A stretch of DNA of 64,000 bases, from NCBI RefSeq assembly GCF_009914755.1, contig NC_060927.1. One strand, written 5' to 3'. The DNA is from the human T2T-CHM13v2.0 reference genome, Homo sapiens. Shown in pieces: positions 1 through 13,672 of the stretch (position 1 is its first letter; every line of letters begins with the position of its first letter). A program made the position numbers and the translations under genes. Under the pieces are notes generated by a model. The model was not told where the DNA came from. It did not search any database and saw nothing but the letters and a program-made list of their open reading frames with translations.

Positions 1-3000
1 TATGTTCATCAGGGATATTGGCCTACAGTTTTCTTTTTTCATTGTGACTTTGCCAGATTTTGGTGTTAAGAAGATACTGCTTTTGTAGAATGAGTTGTAG
101 GGGAATCACTTCTTTTCGATTTTTTGGAATAGTTTCAGGAGGATTGGAAAGACCTCTTCTCTGTACATCTGGTAGAATTTGACTGTGAATCCATCTGAGC
201 TGGGGATTCTTTTGTTTGGTAGGCTTTTTGAATTACTGATTCAATTTCAGAACTTGTTTTTGGTCTGTTCAGAGTTTTGATTTCTTCCTGATTCAATCTT
301 GGGAGGTTGTGTATTTCCAGGAATTTATACATTACCTCTAATTTTTCTAGTTTGTACAAATGAGTGTGTTCATAACATTTTCTGAGGATCTTTTGTATTT
401 CTGTGGGATTGATTGTAATATCACCTTTGTCATTTATGATTGTGCTTATTTGGATCTTCTCTCTTTTTGTCTTTGTTAATCTAGTTAGTGCTCGATCAAT
501 CTTGTTTATCCTTTCAAAACACCAGTTTTTCATTTCATTGATTCCTTGTATGGTTTTTCAGGTCTCAATTTTGTCTAGTTCTGCTCTGATTTTAGTTATT
601 CCTTTTCTTCTGCTATCTTTGGGATTTGTTTTTATTTTTCTAATTCCTTTGTTGAAATGGTAGATTGTTAATTTGAGCTCTTTATTTCTTCTTGATGTAG
701 GTGTTTAATGCTAAAAACTTTCCTCTTAGCACTGCTTTTGCTGCATCCTGGAGATTTTCGTATGCTATGTCTCTGTTTTCATTTGTTTCAGTGAATTTTT
801 TGATTTCTGCCTGATTCATTGTTAACCTAAAAGGCATTAAGGAGCACATTGTTTAGTTTTCATATAATTGTGTTGTTTCGAGAGTTCCTCTTGGTATTTA
901 TTTCTATTTTTATTGCATTGTCATCTGAGAGAGTTATTCATTGTATGATTTCACTTTTTTTAAAATTTATCAAGTTTTGCTTTATGACCCCACATGTGGT
1001 CAGTCTTAGAGTACATTCCATGTGCAGATGAGAAGAATGTATATTCTGTGGTTGTTGAGTGGAGTAATCAGTAGATGCTATTAAATCCAGTTTACCGAGT
1101 GTAGAATTTATATCCAGAATTTCTTTCTTAGTTTTCTGCTTTGATGATCTGTCTAATGCTGTCAGTGAGTTGTTGAAGTCCTCTACTATTATTGTGTGGC
1201 TAAGTCTTTTCCTAGGTCTAGAAGTACTTGTTTTATTAATCTGGATGCTCCATTGTTGGGTGTGTATATATTTAAGATAGTGAAGTCTTCTTGTTGAACT
1301 GAATGCTTTATCATTATGTAATGGCCTTATTTGTCTTTTTTAAAGTCTGTTTTATTCTGTGCAAGAATAATGATGCCTGTTTTTTTTTACTTTCCATGTT
1401 TGTGACAGATCTTTCTCCATTCCTTTATGTTGAACCTATGGGTGTCATTACAGGTGAGATGGGTCTCCTGAAGACAGCAGAAGGTTGAATCTTGTTGTTG
1501 TTGTTTTTGTTTTGTTTTTTTCAATCCAAGTGCCACTTTGTGTCCTTTAAGTGGAGGATTTAGACAGTTTACATGTTTACATTCAAGGTTAATACAAATA
1601 TGTGAATTTTTGTTCCTTTTGCAGAGTTGTTGACTTGTTGCTTTTTAGTCTTGATTATGTAGTTGCTTTGTAGGGTCTGTGGTCAAAGTGCTTATGTGTG
1701 TTTTTGTGGTAGCAGATAGTATTCTTTTGTTTCCATGTTACAACTCCCTTAAGCTCTTGTAAGACCAGTCTAGTGGTAACAAATTCCTTTATTGATTGCT
1801 TATCTGGGAAAGATTTTATTTGTCCTTTGCTTATGATGTTTAGTTTAGCGATATATGAAATTCTTGGTTAGTATTTCTTTTCTTTAAGAATGCTAAAAAT
1901 AGATCCGCACTCTTTTGTGTCTTGTAAGGTTTCTGCTGAGAAGTCCACTGTTAGCTTGATAGGGTTCCCTTTTCAGTGATATGGCTCTTTTGTCTAGCTG
2001 CCTTTAAGACTTTTTTCTTTCATGTTGACCTTGAAAAGTCTGTTGGCTAGGAACATTGGGGCTGGTCATTTCGTATAGCTTCTTACAAGGGTTCTCTGAA
2101 TTTCTTGTATTTGCAGGGTGACCTTTCTAGAGGGATTGTGGAAATTTTTGTGGGCTATATCCTCAAATATGTTTTCCAAATTGCTTAGTCTCTCTTCTCT
2201 CTCAGGAATGCCAAAGAATTGTAGGTTTGGTTGTTTTACATAATCCCATATTTTTCAGAGGCTTTGTTCTTTTTTAATTTTTTTTTTTTATATTTTTGAC
2301 TGACTGGGTTGATTCGTAGGACTGGTCTTCAAGCTCTGAAATTCTTTCCTCTGCTTTGTCTACTCTATCGTTAAGCTTCCAATTGTATTTCAAAATTTTA
2401 TTAGTAAATTTTTCAATTCTAGAAGTTCAGTTTGGTTCTTTCTTAATAAAGCTATTTAATCTTTCAAATGTCGTGTTGTTTTTCTGGCTTCCTTGGAGTG
2501 TATTTCAACTTTCTGTTGGATCTCGTTGAGTTTCCTTGCCATCCAGATTCTGAATTCTATGGCTGTCATTTCAGAATTTGAATCTGATTAGGAGCCTTTA
2601 CTAAAGAACCAATACAAACATTTGTAGGTAATGAAATACCATGACTTTTTGAATTTCCAGAGTTCTTGCACTGATTCCTTCTTGTCTGAGGGAGCTAGTG
2701 CTTCTTTTACTTTTTGAATTTACTGTTGTTTGCATGAGGCTTTTTGTTTTTATATTCTTTTCTTCCCTAGAGGTTTTGGGTGTGGTGTATGTTGTGTATA
2801 CTTGATTGGCTTTTTTTTCTGGGAACTGTCAGAAGGCCAAGGCTCAGTATGGGTTCCTTGGTTGTAGATTGGTTTTACAAGTGTTTGTTGAGGCAATGTA
2901 TTTTTGTTTGGTAGTGAAACTCAGGTTGCAGTCCAGTAGATGGTGCTTAAGAGTAAGGGTAAACAGAGTGAGGCTCATACTCAGCATCCTGTGGTGGATT

Positions 3001-4858
3001 TGTATTTCAATGCCTCTGCAGCAGTGCTGTAGGGAGAGGAAGTGTGCAGCAAGAGATCACTCCCTTACCAAGTCCCTTCTTGGGCCTTGATGGTATCCCC
3101 TTCAACTACTGGTAGCACGCACATTTTCTTTTCCGCAAGGGGGGACATTGGGAGACTATGCTCCCTACTCCCTTAGGGGGCAGTCTGAGCTGAGGGTTAG
3201 GCCACCAGGATGCCTGCAATTCCCCAGGGACCTGCTGGTCCCCTGGGCTCACCAAAGTCAGCATGGGTTGTGGGGTATGTCTGTGGATGATCTAGTGATG
3301 AAGTGCATAAAGGGCAGAGGATCGTCAGGCAAGGCAGTGGTGCCATGAGTGTGTGATATGGTTTGGCTGTGTCCCCACCCAAAATCTCTTCTTGAATTGT
3401 AATCCCCATAGTCCCCATGTGTCATGGGAGGCACCCAGTAGGAAGTGATTGGATCATGGAGGCAGTTTCCCCCATACTGTTCTCATGATAGTGAGTTCTC
3501 ACAAGATCTGATGGTTTTATAAGCATCTGGCATTTCCACTGCCTGCACGCACTCTGTGAAGAAGGTGCCTGCTTCTCCTTTGCCTTCCACATTGATTGTA
3601 AGTTTTCTGAGGCTTCCCCAGCAATGCAAAACTGTGAGTCAGTTGAACCTTTCTCCTTTATAAATTACCCAGTCTCAGGTATTTCTTCATAGGAGTGTGA
3701 GAATAATCCAATACAGTGTGCAACCATATGGGGCCCACATTCTGGGGTTTTTCAGCCCAGCAGATTGCTGTGGAGCTCTCCCAGCTCATGATCCCCCAGC
3801 CCGGCAGGTCTTCCTCTGGTGTCCTCCTTGATAGCAGACCCGACCAGTTAGGCTTCTCCCAAGCCATTTTCACCCAAATTGTTGAGCCACTGCAGATGTT
3901 TCAGACCACAGGGCTCACTGGGGGAAAAATCACAGCTGGCTATAAGGTCACATCCTTCCTAGAAATGTCTTGTGAAGAGAGGACACCCATCTCCTGTGCC
4001 ATCACATGAACCTGTGCCACACTCTTCCTTGTATTCTGAGATTGGGGGCTCCTACCCTGCTAGAGCTCAGGCCACAGATCCCAGCTTCATACCCTTGAGT
4101 GGTGTCTGTGAGTCCTGGTTAGTTGGGACCAGGCCTGCAGATCTGTTCTCTGGCCCCTCAAGGTCAAGCACTGGCTGTTGAACTGCTCCCAGTCAAGCAC
4201 TGGGGTAGTGAACTGCTCCGAGGCAACCAGCAAAACACTCAGATGGCTCAGTGGAGGCTGTGCTGTAGGCACCCTCCCACAAAGAGGAGCAGGCAGGCAA
4301 GGGAACATCTACATCTGGATTGGATGCACCCCAGTCCTGTGGCAATGGCAGCCATGGTCTCTCCTGGCCTGGCAGACAGCAGAAGCTGCAGCCACTTCGT
4401 GCAAGATGGACAGCCTTGGGGAATGGGTACCTAAGATTATGTCTTTCTGTAGCTGTACCATGTAGCAAAATCTTTTGGGGTCTGCGCTGGTTTGAGCTGT
4501 GTCTTTGTCTGTTCTCTAGGCAACTCCTCCTGCCAGTTCAAAGGCTTGAGGGGCCTGGGAATTCCTGTAGGCAGGATCCCAGAAGTCCACAATGGGAGTG
4601 GTACCCTGGAGTTCCTTCTCTCAACCCTATCTTGGATCCAGTGCAGGACTGGGGTCAGTCTTGGCATCCAGCAGCTCTGAGTAGGCTTCCCAGCTTCTTC
4701 CTCCTCCAGCTACAGTGTCTGTGTTGCCTCTCTATTGATTTTCAGTACTTTCTCTTAAAAGATTGGTTTGAAGTGTAACAGTTTACTCGATATTTTTATT
4801 CCTCTCCATGGCAGAGGCATTTTCTGGCTGTGTCTAATCAGCCATTTTGCCTGGAATC
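1..4858 (-). mobile_element. Old primate LINE-1 (L1P4/L1PA15-16/L1PB-like): 5'UTR, ORF1 and 5' part of ORF2, degenerate; continues beyond window start
   Basis: ORF 135..533(-) is L1 ORF2-like (KIDRALTRL...[11 protein letters not shown]). An ORF1 start-like sequence (AGAAGGAATCAGTGCAAGAACTCTGG on -) lies near 2686. The 5' end resembles CAAGATGGC (GGCAAAATGGCTGATTAGACACAGCC on -) at ~4850. Confidence 0.9.
3354..3715 (+). mobile_element. THE1 (THE1D-like) MaLR solo LTR inserted in the L1 5'UTR
   Basis: Starts TGATATGGTTTGGCTGTGTCCCCACCC and ends ...AATACA. Perfect 5-bp TSD GTGTG at 3349-3353 and 3716-3720. Confidence 0.93.
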
Positions 4859-5965
4859 TTGTTTTTCATTTTGAAGTGAGCAATAACAGGATTGCAGTAT
4901 GTTTTGTTCAAATTTAGCAATTTTTTTCCCTTTTCTTTCTTCTTAGTATTTTATTAGTTCTTCAGATATGTCTCTTTGTAAGTTTTTTAAACATTAGAAT
5001 GATACAGAGGCTAATCTTCAATGAATAGACATTTTATTTATGTATTAGCATCACTAGATTTCTGTGTTTTTAATAAGGATTTTTACAACTTCCAGAAAAA
5101 ATAAATATTAGATTAGTTGTTACATGAGGTCACGTATTCAATATAAAAAAGGCTTATTTTGTTGCATTTACATTTTAAACCTTGGAAATAGAGTGGTTAA
5201 AAAACAGTCCAGTTTTTGCATAAGCTTGAAGACTCATGATGCAAGACAAACTTTCTATCAGGTTAATCTTTTATAGAGTCAGTTTGGTATTCTATTTGCA
5301 TCTCTTCAGAATCTATTATGGATATAGAAGAATTTACCCATTCTTTCATGGAATTCATGTCATACAATAACTTCCAGTTGGTTGTGGAAGCTCAAAAGTT
5401 TCAAACCTAGATGGAGATTGTTAACCTTTGCCAAACTTATTTTCTTGGGGGCAGGAGAGAATTAAGATGAGCTTTGTGCATGTTTTTTTTTCTCCTCTCC
5501 TCTCCTACCCTAGTGATGAGGGCGAGGGGAAGGGATTGAAGAAGTGATTTCCAAGCCAGTGACTAGAGAAAATATCTCTACAAACTGAATGTCACATATA
5601 ATCTGCCAACCCACATATCATCATCGCTCGGGTTATGGGAAGAGTATAATTGATTTTAACAGGATCTAAGGCTTTAATCATGTTACTGACAACCACAGGT
5701 TTCACAGATTGCATAATACATTGTGATCATGATGGTTGACTTATAATGACAAGGTTCTAGAACATCTATATATATATGAAATTTTAAGTAACATTATTTG
5801 ATAATCCAATGCACAGCTGTTGATATTAATTTCATTCAGTCCCTTCTTTTTCAAACCAATCCAATTATTTTGGTATTGTTACAGCCCATGGACCCACGCG
5901 TGTTTACTTTCTCAGTGACTTGATTGAGTGAATATGAGAAGAGCGGGTTATAAAAGTTTTGTTAC

Positions 5966-6123
5966 TTTTGCTACTCAAAGGGTGGGCCATGGACCAGCAG
6001 CATCAGTAATACTGATGCTGAAGTGCAGTAGCCTAGGCTGTGCCCCAAGTGTACTAAATTAGAATCCTAACTTAACAGAATCTACAAAAAATTCTCATTC
6101 ACTTTAAAGTTAGAAAAATACTA
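5966..6123. mobile_element. MER5A1-like hAT-Charlie MITE
   Basis: GCTACTCAAAG...GGACCAGCAGCATCAG...TTAAAGTTAGAAAAATACT matches the recalled MER5A1 layout. Confidence 0.65.
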
Positions 6124-6130
6124 AAATAGA

Positions 6131-6707
6131 GCAGTAGGTCTTAGCTTCAGCTATAAATTATAATCACCTGGGAAAATTTTAATAATTATGTCTGTGCCTC
6201 ACTTCTGACCATTTAAATGGAATTCTCTGAGGTGGGGGTCTGGGCATTGTTAAGCTAACTATTAATAAATATAGCCTGAGAAGGACTCCATATTTCTATG
6301 TTTGAGTCCTTGTGGACAAACTGCAACCTAACTTAATAGGTAAAAAGATTGAAGTATTTAACTGTAACAATAGCTGAGTCTTGGCCAATCCCAGCAGCCG
6401 TACTTCAAACACTCATTTACTGCTGAGTGTTCAAACTGTGTTCAAATAAGGTAAGTACTGAGCTGTGACCAATCCAGTTGTTTTTGTGCCTCACTTCCAA
6501 TTTCTGTACATCACTTTCCTTTTTATGTCTATAATCTTCTTCAACCATGTGGCTGTGCTGGATCTGCTGTGATTCTGGGGGCTGCGTGATTCACTCAATT
6601 AAACTTCCTTAAATTTAATTCAGCTGAAGTTTTTCTTTTAACAACATCAAATTAAAAAAAAAACTCTCTGTATAATTTAAATGCACAGCAAAGAGCGAAA
6701 GCTACTG
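6131..6707. mobile_element. MER5 (A/B-like) MITE split by an LTR (6131-6247 plus 6648-6707)
   Basis: AATCACCTGGG...TCTCTGAGGTGGGG..GGGCAT on the left; AATGCACAGC...CTACTG on the right of the LTR. Confidence 0.55.
6248..6643 (+). mobile_element. ERV1 (MER4-group, MER57-like) solo LTR
   Basis: TG...CA termini. Internal GCCTGAGAAGGACTCC, TGTTCAAACTGTGTTCAAATAAGG, CCAAT boxes and ATTAAA. 4-bp TSD GCAT/ACAT. Confidence 0.85.
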
Positions 6708-6732
6708 TACCTAAACAAATGGCTTTCTCTGT

Positions 6733-6850
6733 TAAATATTTATTGCAGCTCTATTGTATGCCAGTCACTCCCAAGAGGGATACTGCAATGAATACGGAAC
6801 ACAGAGCTTCTGGCCTCATGGAACTTACAGTCTAATGAGGCATAAGCTAT
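6733..6850 (-). mobile_element. L2 3'-end fragment
   Basis: AAATATTTATTG...TATGCCAG...CCTCATGGAACTTACAGTCTA. Confidence 0.65.
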
Positions 6851-8272
6851 TACACAGCAACAAAGAAAACAATAAAATTATTTGATGACTTCATATTATT
6901 ATGAGTGGTATGTAAACTCGGGGGGAAACACTTAAGACTAAGAAAGTTACTACTGTGTACATAGTGAAGAATGGGAATGGAGCAGGAGGATGTTGGCAAT
7001 TTTGGAAGATTGTAAGTCTGGGAAAGGAACACTGGAAATAGTTCAGTACGTAGTACCCTGCTCAAGGGACTCAAGCTCAGTGTTTACACCCCACTGAATG
7101 TGTCGTATAGCCAACCTAGTGAGGGGCTACATGCACCTAGGGTGTGTTAGAGGGAACTCTTCCTAATTAATCTTTCCTGAAAATGTATCTTCTGTTAAAT
7201 TCATCAGGCTGGAGGTCAGCATTATTTCCTAATTTGCATTAAGGCATTGTACAAATCTGCAATAGCTCTACTCCCAAACTTCTCTGGTCCTTCCTCCCAA
7301 ACTATTTCTTGTTGGGGCCAAGAGATATTATAGCAATAGTGTAGTACTTGGGTATAAAGCTGTGCAAGATGAGGGTGAGCAGAACTTTTTAAAGAACCTT
7401 CAACACCTGGTCGAAGTTTTAGATTTACCCTAAGGGCAAGAGAAAACCATTGATTCACCCTTTACATTCCAATTAAACTCTGATTTACATTCTCAAAGAC
7501 CTGACAGACCTGTTGAGATTGGATTAGAGTAGGTTGAAGTGGTAAATTGAATAGATGAGGAAAACTTGTAAAAAGTCAATTACAATAATTCAAGGGAGAG
7601 AGGATGATATCCTGGCCTAGAGCAGTCATAGGAGATACAGTAGGAATTCAAGATACAGCTTTAAACAGGGTGAGGTCTTATCTAAACAAATCAAGAACTC
7701 CTTACTGAAATTCATCAACCTCCAATACTAGTGGAATCTGAGGCCAGAAATATGAATCCAAAATTCAGGAGGAATAAAAATTTGAAAATAGTTTTGGCCT
7801 CACTGGAAAGTCTGAGCAAGAAAACTTCTCAATATATGTTAATTCCCACTTTTCCCTTAGGAAATATTACCACACACGACGAGCTTTTCTTTTGTTTTCT
7901 TTTTAAATCATTACTTGGATTGGTACTTTCAGACTTTTCTTAGGAAACTGTATATGGATATGAGAGGGCCAAAATGTAAGACATTGCTTACTCCCTTCAC
8001 TGGTCAGTGTAGTACAGTGAGTAAGGAAAAGGTGTGTGATGAGGTTAGACAAGATTTTAAAGAGCCTGGACACCTTGTTAAGGGAAGCTATTGTATAATT
8101 TGGGAGAAGATGGGGCCCATCATGAGTATGCTATCCAGGCAACCCATGAAACACAGAAGGAGCCGTACCAGGGGTCTCCATTTCTGATGGGAATAGAACT
8201 TCTCTCATTAATTTTCTCTTACATCCTGAAATTAAGGCACTAATTAAACAATACTGTCTGCAAAGATGTAAA

Positions 8273-8867
8273 TGTTACAGTCTCACCAAGGCACCAAAAT
8301 GTTACAGTCTCACCATTGCATCACAATATAGCAGTCGCTCATTGTTTGAGGTATCACCTGGAGTTCTTTGTCCCATGGCCATGAAAATTAAGGAGCATGG
8401 ACACCAAGAGTGAGGTTGGAGTGAAAGTTTAATAAGCAAAAGAAGAAAGTTCACCACCATGGAGAAGGGGCCCAAAAGAGAGTTGCCATTTTTACAGTTG
8501 AATACAAGGGCCTTTATAAGAAAACCGTGAGGGCTGAGTGTCTCATTTCTATAAGGCGCAGATTTCTAGTAGCTCCACCATGTGCTCCTAATGTGCGTGA
8601 CAGCCCTTAGGTTAGGCTATTCCATACTGCTTTGTTCCCCTTACTGCACATGTGTCAGGGGATGGAATTTTCTATTGCAGGCATGTCTGGGCAAGTTACT
8701 TGGGTAGGCCTTTCTTATTTGTTTGGCTGTGGGCATGTCTTAGGCAGGCCCTCCTGTGCAAGTTCCCTTATCTATGCCTGCAGCTTGATTTTTCTTTTGT
8801 TTGAAAGAATTCAACCAAGGACCCACTCTAACTGTCTCCCTGACTGGTTTCTTCCTTTCTTCTCTCA
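8273..8867 (-). mobile_element. ERV1 MER4-group solo LTR (MER83/MER51-related; subfamily uncertain)
   Basis: TG...CA termini with perfect 4-bp TSD TAAA at 8269-8272 and 8868-8871. Typical GAAAGTTTAATAAGCAAAAGAAGAAAG (minus-strand ATTAAA signal). Confidence 0.8.
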
Positions 8868-10079
8868 TAAAGAAACATATTGTCCTTTTTTCCTCTCCAC
8901 TTTTCCCTACTGCCAAGGAAATTTTTATAACCTCATCCATGTTTTCATTCTTCTCTTTATCCACAAGCACATAAATATCAATATCAACTTAATGTCTACC
9001 TTTTCCTTTTTTAGGTTCCTCATTCTCCATATAAATAATTTTCTAATCAAAAAGTAAGTTGCTTATACCAACTAAGGACTTTGTTTTTCAAAATTACAGT
9101 AGAACATGTATACTAAATTAAATCATGGCTGAACATTTTTCTGTCGTTTATACATTTCTTTGTCCCTGGAAGTCCCAAGGAAATGAAATCGAATACTTAT
9201 TTCCCATTTAATATTTCTTTGCTTCTCAGTCCCTTGAAGAGTGAACTGAATTTTATTGTAAACATGATAATTACCGTGAGAATTAGAATTTTTAAAGGAA
9301 ATCTCTGTGGTTTTAACTCATGGTATAAATTACTACTATAACATTCCATATTAAAAATCAACATTTACACATAGAATTAAAAACTCCTGTGGGATTATTC
9401 TGCTGAAAAGGCAAACAGATGATCGTTCAAGCAAAACTGAAGCATGAAGTGTGGACAATATATTTTCAAGTTGGATATAAAAAGACCAGTTGGCAGTTGC
9501 TTTGAAAGTACGGACATCATCATAAGAGAGTGAAACATTGTTCCCTGTCATAGCGTAATGTCAGATTTCAAACAGGCCTTCCCAGTTGCTTTACTGTTTT
9601 TTCAATCTCCACTTCACCACATTTAAGCCTCATGGGTGAGAACTTAGTCATCTGTAAACTTGTGAAATACTTCAAGTGTAGTTTTATCTTCACTGTGAAT
9701 AAAAAGAATAGGGGAATTTCGAGTTTGAAGTTTTAAGGTAATTTAGAAAATACATATCTTTCCAAGGCCCGTAGTGTAAAATAGGGTGGGTACATGGTTT
9801 GGGATGACAGAAAGAGCTTTATTACCTGGATGTGCTCAGAAAATATATCATGACAGTTGATTTGTTGCTGCTGTTCTTTCCTTCTTTTTATTTCTTCACA
9901 ATAATACAGTTGTCTTGGTTACAGTGCTTTTTGTTTCTAGCAAAACTTACTGCTTGAAAGAGAAATGAAAGGGAGTGGTGCACAAACTGATAAAACTTTG
10001 GTTAATGGACTTTTAAGAGAGATAAGTAACACAATCTCTCATGTATGTATAGCAGGGAAGATAGGCTTTGAAGATATAA

Positions 10080-10365
<286 letters not shown>

Positions 10366-10554
10366 TAGCTACTATTTTTTAAAATCCAGGCCATGTCAAC
10401 TTCTCTTTACTCCAGTGGTCTCATTTGTTCAATAAGAATAATATGATCATTGAAATGTCTAGATTTCATAATATGCAGCTGTTTGTCTCTATATTTACAC
10501 ACATAAAAAGCTCAGAAAGTAGATAAACTATGCATCCATTAAATTAAAAATTAC

Positions 10555-11060
10555 TCTGTGCTAAAAAGAAATGAGCTATCAAGCCATAAACAGATATAGA
10601 GGAAACTTAAATGCATATTACTAAGTGAAACAAGTCAATCTGAAAAGGTTACATACTGTTTGATTCTAACTATATGACATTCTGGAAAAGGCGGGAAGAC
10701 AACAAAAAGATTAGTAGTTGCCAGGGACTGAGGGGAGGGCGAGATGAGTAGGCAAGATTACAGAGATTCTTAGGACAGAGAAAATACCCTGTATTGGACT
10801 ATTATGATAGATACATGTCATTATAGATTTGTCTACCCCGTAAAATGTACAACACCGAGAGTAAACCCCAATGTAAACTATGGGCTTTGGATGATAATGA
10901 TGTGTGAATATAGGTTCAATTGTATCAAATACACCACTCTGGTTCAGAATGTTGATAGTAAAGGAGGTTGTGCATGTGTGGGGAGAGTGGATACAAGGGG
11001 ACCCTCTGTATTTTCCATTCAATTTTGCTGTGAACCTAAAACTACTCTATAAGTGACTTT
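10555..11060 (+). mobile_element. L1MC (L1MC1-like) 3' UTR fragment
   Basis: AAATGAGCTATCAAGCCAT...GTAAACCCCAATGTAAACTATGG...TTTTGCTGTGAACCTAAAACT. Confidence 0.85.
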
Positions 11061-12074
11061 TATTAACCTTAAAAAAGTTCAAAAAGGCAACCAGCACATA
11101 ATAAGCACTAACATCTATTTGCTATTATTGCTATTAGACATGTGTGGATTTAAGTTGGTAAACATAATCTCCATTGAAGAATGTAGCAAATAATAGAAAG
11201 ATAGTTTGTATTCTTTATTTATGGTTTTTTTGAAAGAGACACAGAAAGGAGGGAACGGAAAATGAGCAATGAGGGAATGAGAGAGGGAAAGAAAGAGGGA
11301 GAAAGGGATAGAAATTGGTTTACCCCATGCTTCACTTCTCTGAATTTAGAAAATTCTTCAACTTCGATCCTTTTATGCTGACGGTAATGTAGGTAACAGT
11401 CAGTTGAGTAAATTGCCTTCATCTGTAGTGTCGGGCCTGTTCTCTTTCCAAAACTATGCCCCAAATTTAAAGTCTGGAGTCTCTGACTCTGTTTCTTAGT
11501 TTTCTTGTTGCTGCTCATGTTGCCTTCATTGTCTTGAATGTGGAATCCCTATATTTCTGTCTGACTTCCACAGACCTCTCTTACCTTCTTTGTCCTTACA
11601 GCTTTAGAGCAAATCTTTCAAATGTTAACTTCCTGGAAAAGGTTAGGTACTGAACACTGGTAGGTAATTGGTCCTTTGGGCAGATTAAGTCTATACAGGG
11701 TAAAGGGAATGATAGAAGAAAACTCCTCTCATTGAGTTAAAGAGGACAAAATGGGGGCAATGGATGGAAGAGATTTCTTCTTACTTATTATCTATATCAT
11801 GTGGAAGGAAGTTAGAAAATATCTGAATGATGGTTAATATAAAATACTTCCATGAATGTCAAAAATCATTTACTTTCAAAGTTGCCTTGGGACTAGAATA
11901 CAATTTAAAAATTTAAACATCTCTTATTCTTTCTTAAGTTTCTAAATGTGTCTTTATTACCATTATTATCTGAAGTAAGACTGCTCCAATTAGAACAAAT
12001 ATTTATTTAAAAATTACTACCTGCAAGGTTTCATGCTTTGTACTGTTGGTCTTGTGTAGAGACACAGGACGTAA

Positions 12075-12215
12075 CTACTATGATAATTCCCATTTGGCAG
12101 ATGTAAAAATTGAGTTTAGAGGTAAAATAACTGATCTGAAGCCTCTCAATAATTACATGGTGGTACCAGGATACAGACTCAAATTCTAACTGCAAAGAGA
12201 GCCTCTTAATCATAC
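12075..12215 (-). mobile_element. MIR fragment
   Basis: CCCATTTGGCAGATGTAAAAATTGAG core. Confidence 0.6.
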
Positions 12216-12774
12216 TGTCACACTTTCCCACTGGGGACTTTGAAGAAATTGTTCTAAATTTTAGACAAGAGGGGTAAAAAGGACTTATATAACAACTTGA
12301 TTCATCAAAATGAAGAGTAACTCTAGCCAGCAACGTTTCCTTTGAAAAACTACCAGGAAATTGACAAGTATCAATTCAATACCTTGTTAACAGTTCCCAT
12401 GTAATATCACCGCTTGACATGATATTGACTTGCTTTTTATCATGTTTGAGCTCCAACTGAGAGTTTTGAAATGTTGAAATAACATCATCATATGGATAAT
12501 TACTAGATGTGCTATTTTTGCAACTGTTTTGAAGATAAATAATTAGATGCAATGTACCACTTACTTGTTTTATTTGTCTTTGATCTTGCTTTGTAGGTCT
12601 TATAAAAAATTAAATGAAAATGCACTGTTAAAAACCCACAGAACAGATCATAAGTTTTCAACAAATAAATATTCAGGGGAGTGCCTTTGACGTATATCCC
12701 TGAATTAGAGAAAATAATCGTTGGACAATACCATAGTGCTTAAGAATGTGGGGACTTAGACCAGATTGCCTCTC

Positions 12775-13246
12775 CTTTTATCGATACTCTTTGTAAGATA
12801 ATTTTTGTTGTCCCTCCCATCAAAAGGTAGGGTCTGTTTCTCCATCCATTGAACCTGGGCTGGCCTTGTGATTGGCTTTGTCAAAAGGAAAGTTGTGACA
12901 CTCTGGTCTTCCATGCTTCCTCTTATTCTTTCAGTAACCTACCCCTGCAGCCATGAGAACAAGCCTGGGCTACCTTGCTAAAGGGTGAGACCTCATGTGG
13001 AGCAAAAAAGAGCCATCCTAACAGAACTTTCTTAGACAGGTGAGCTCCCAGCTCACTTGGCAGTTGACCATAGAGACATGAGGGAAACCAACAAAAATTA
13101 GCCAAACCTGATTAAAAGAATCATTGAGCTGAGCCCAGCCCAAATGGACAACCCACAGCATCATGAAGTAAATAAATGGTTATTATTTTATGCCTTTAAG
13201 ATTTGAGTGGGGTGGGGGATAGTTGTTTCTTAGCAAACTGGATACA
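12775..13246 (+). mobile_element. MLT1 (MLT1H/G-like) MaLR LTR
   Basis: CCTCCCATCAAAAGGTAG...TGGGCTGGCCTTGTGA...AGCTGAGCCCAGCCCAAAT...AATAAA...GATACA. Confidence 0.75.
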
Positions 13247-13347
13247 TCTGGGTTCAACTCCCAGTTCCAACACTTATTGCATGTGTGAAGACAGGCTGTT
13301 TAATTAACTTTCCCATGACAGATTTCTCATCTATAAAATGGGGATAA

Positions 13348-13672
13348 TGTGGTGATGATTGATGCTGTTCTCAGATATTTCCGTTTTCCACCTTTGGGTA
13401 CTTAGTAGATTTCATCATCACCCAGGCTCTGTGCAATTAGATGTGGCCATGTGACTTGCTTTGACCAACTAAATGTCAGTTGAAAGTCTTTAAAGGCACC
13501 GGTGAAATATAAACCATTTCTTTCCCCTACAATGGCAGTGTTTCAGATGGGGAAGGTTTTGTCCTAGAGCAAGGAAAACATGCTTTAAGAACCCCATTTT
13601 GACCCACAATGAACACTAAAAATTTGGGGTTGTTTATTACCACTGTAAATTCTAGCCTGTATGATTGGTACA
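13348..13672 (+). mobile_element. MLT1 (MLT1J-like) MaLR LTR
   Basis: TGTGG start, GGCCATGTGACTTGCTTTGACCAA, TTTGGGGTTGTTTATTAC...TACA end. Confidence 0.7.

Noticed and set aside
3658-4778. Cluster of overlapping 60-150 aa ORFs
   Set aside because: They lie in the GC-richer L1 5'UTR, where stop codons are scarce, and show no recognisable homology.
8632-9057. 141-aa ORF
   Set aside because: It spans an LTR and its AT-rich flank, uses a non-ATG start and shows no homology.
9351-9551. 66-aa ORF in non-repetitive sequence
   Set aside because: It is short, with no recognisable domain or convincing splice structure.
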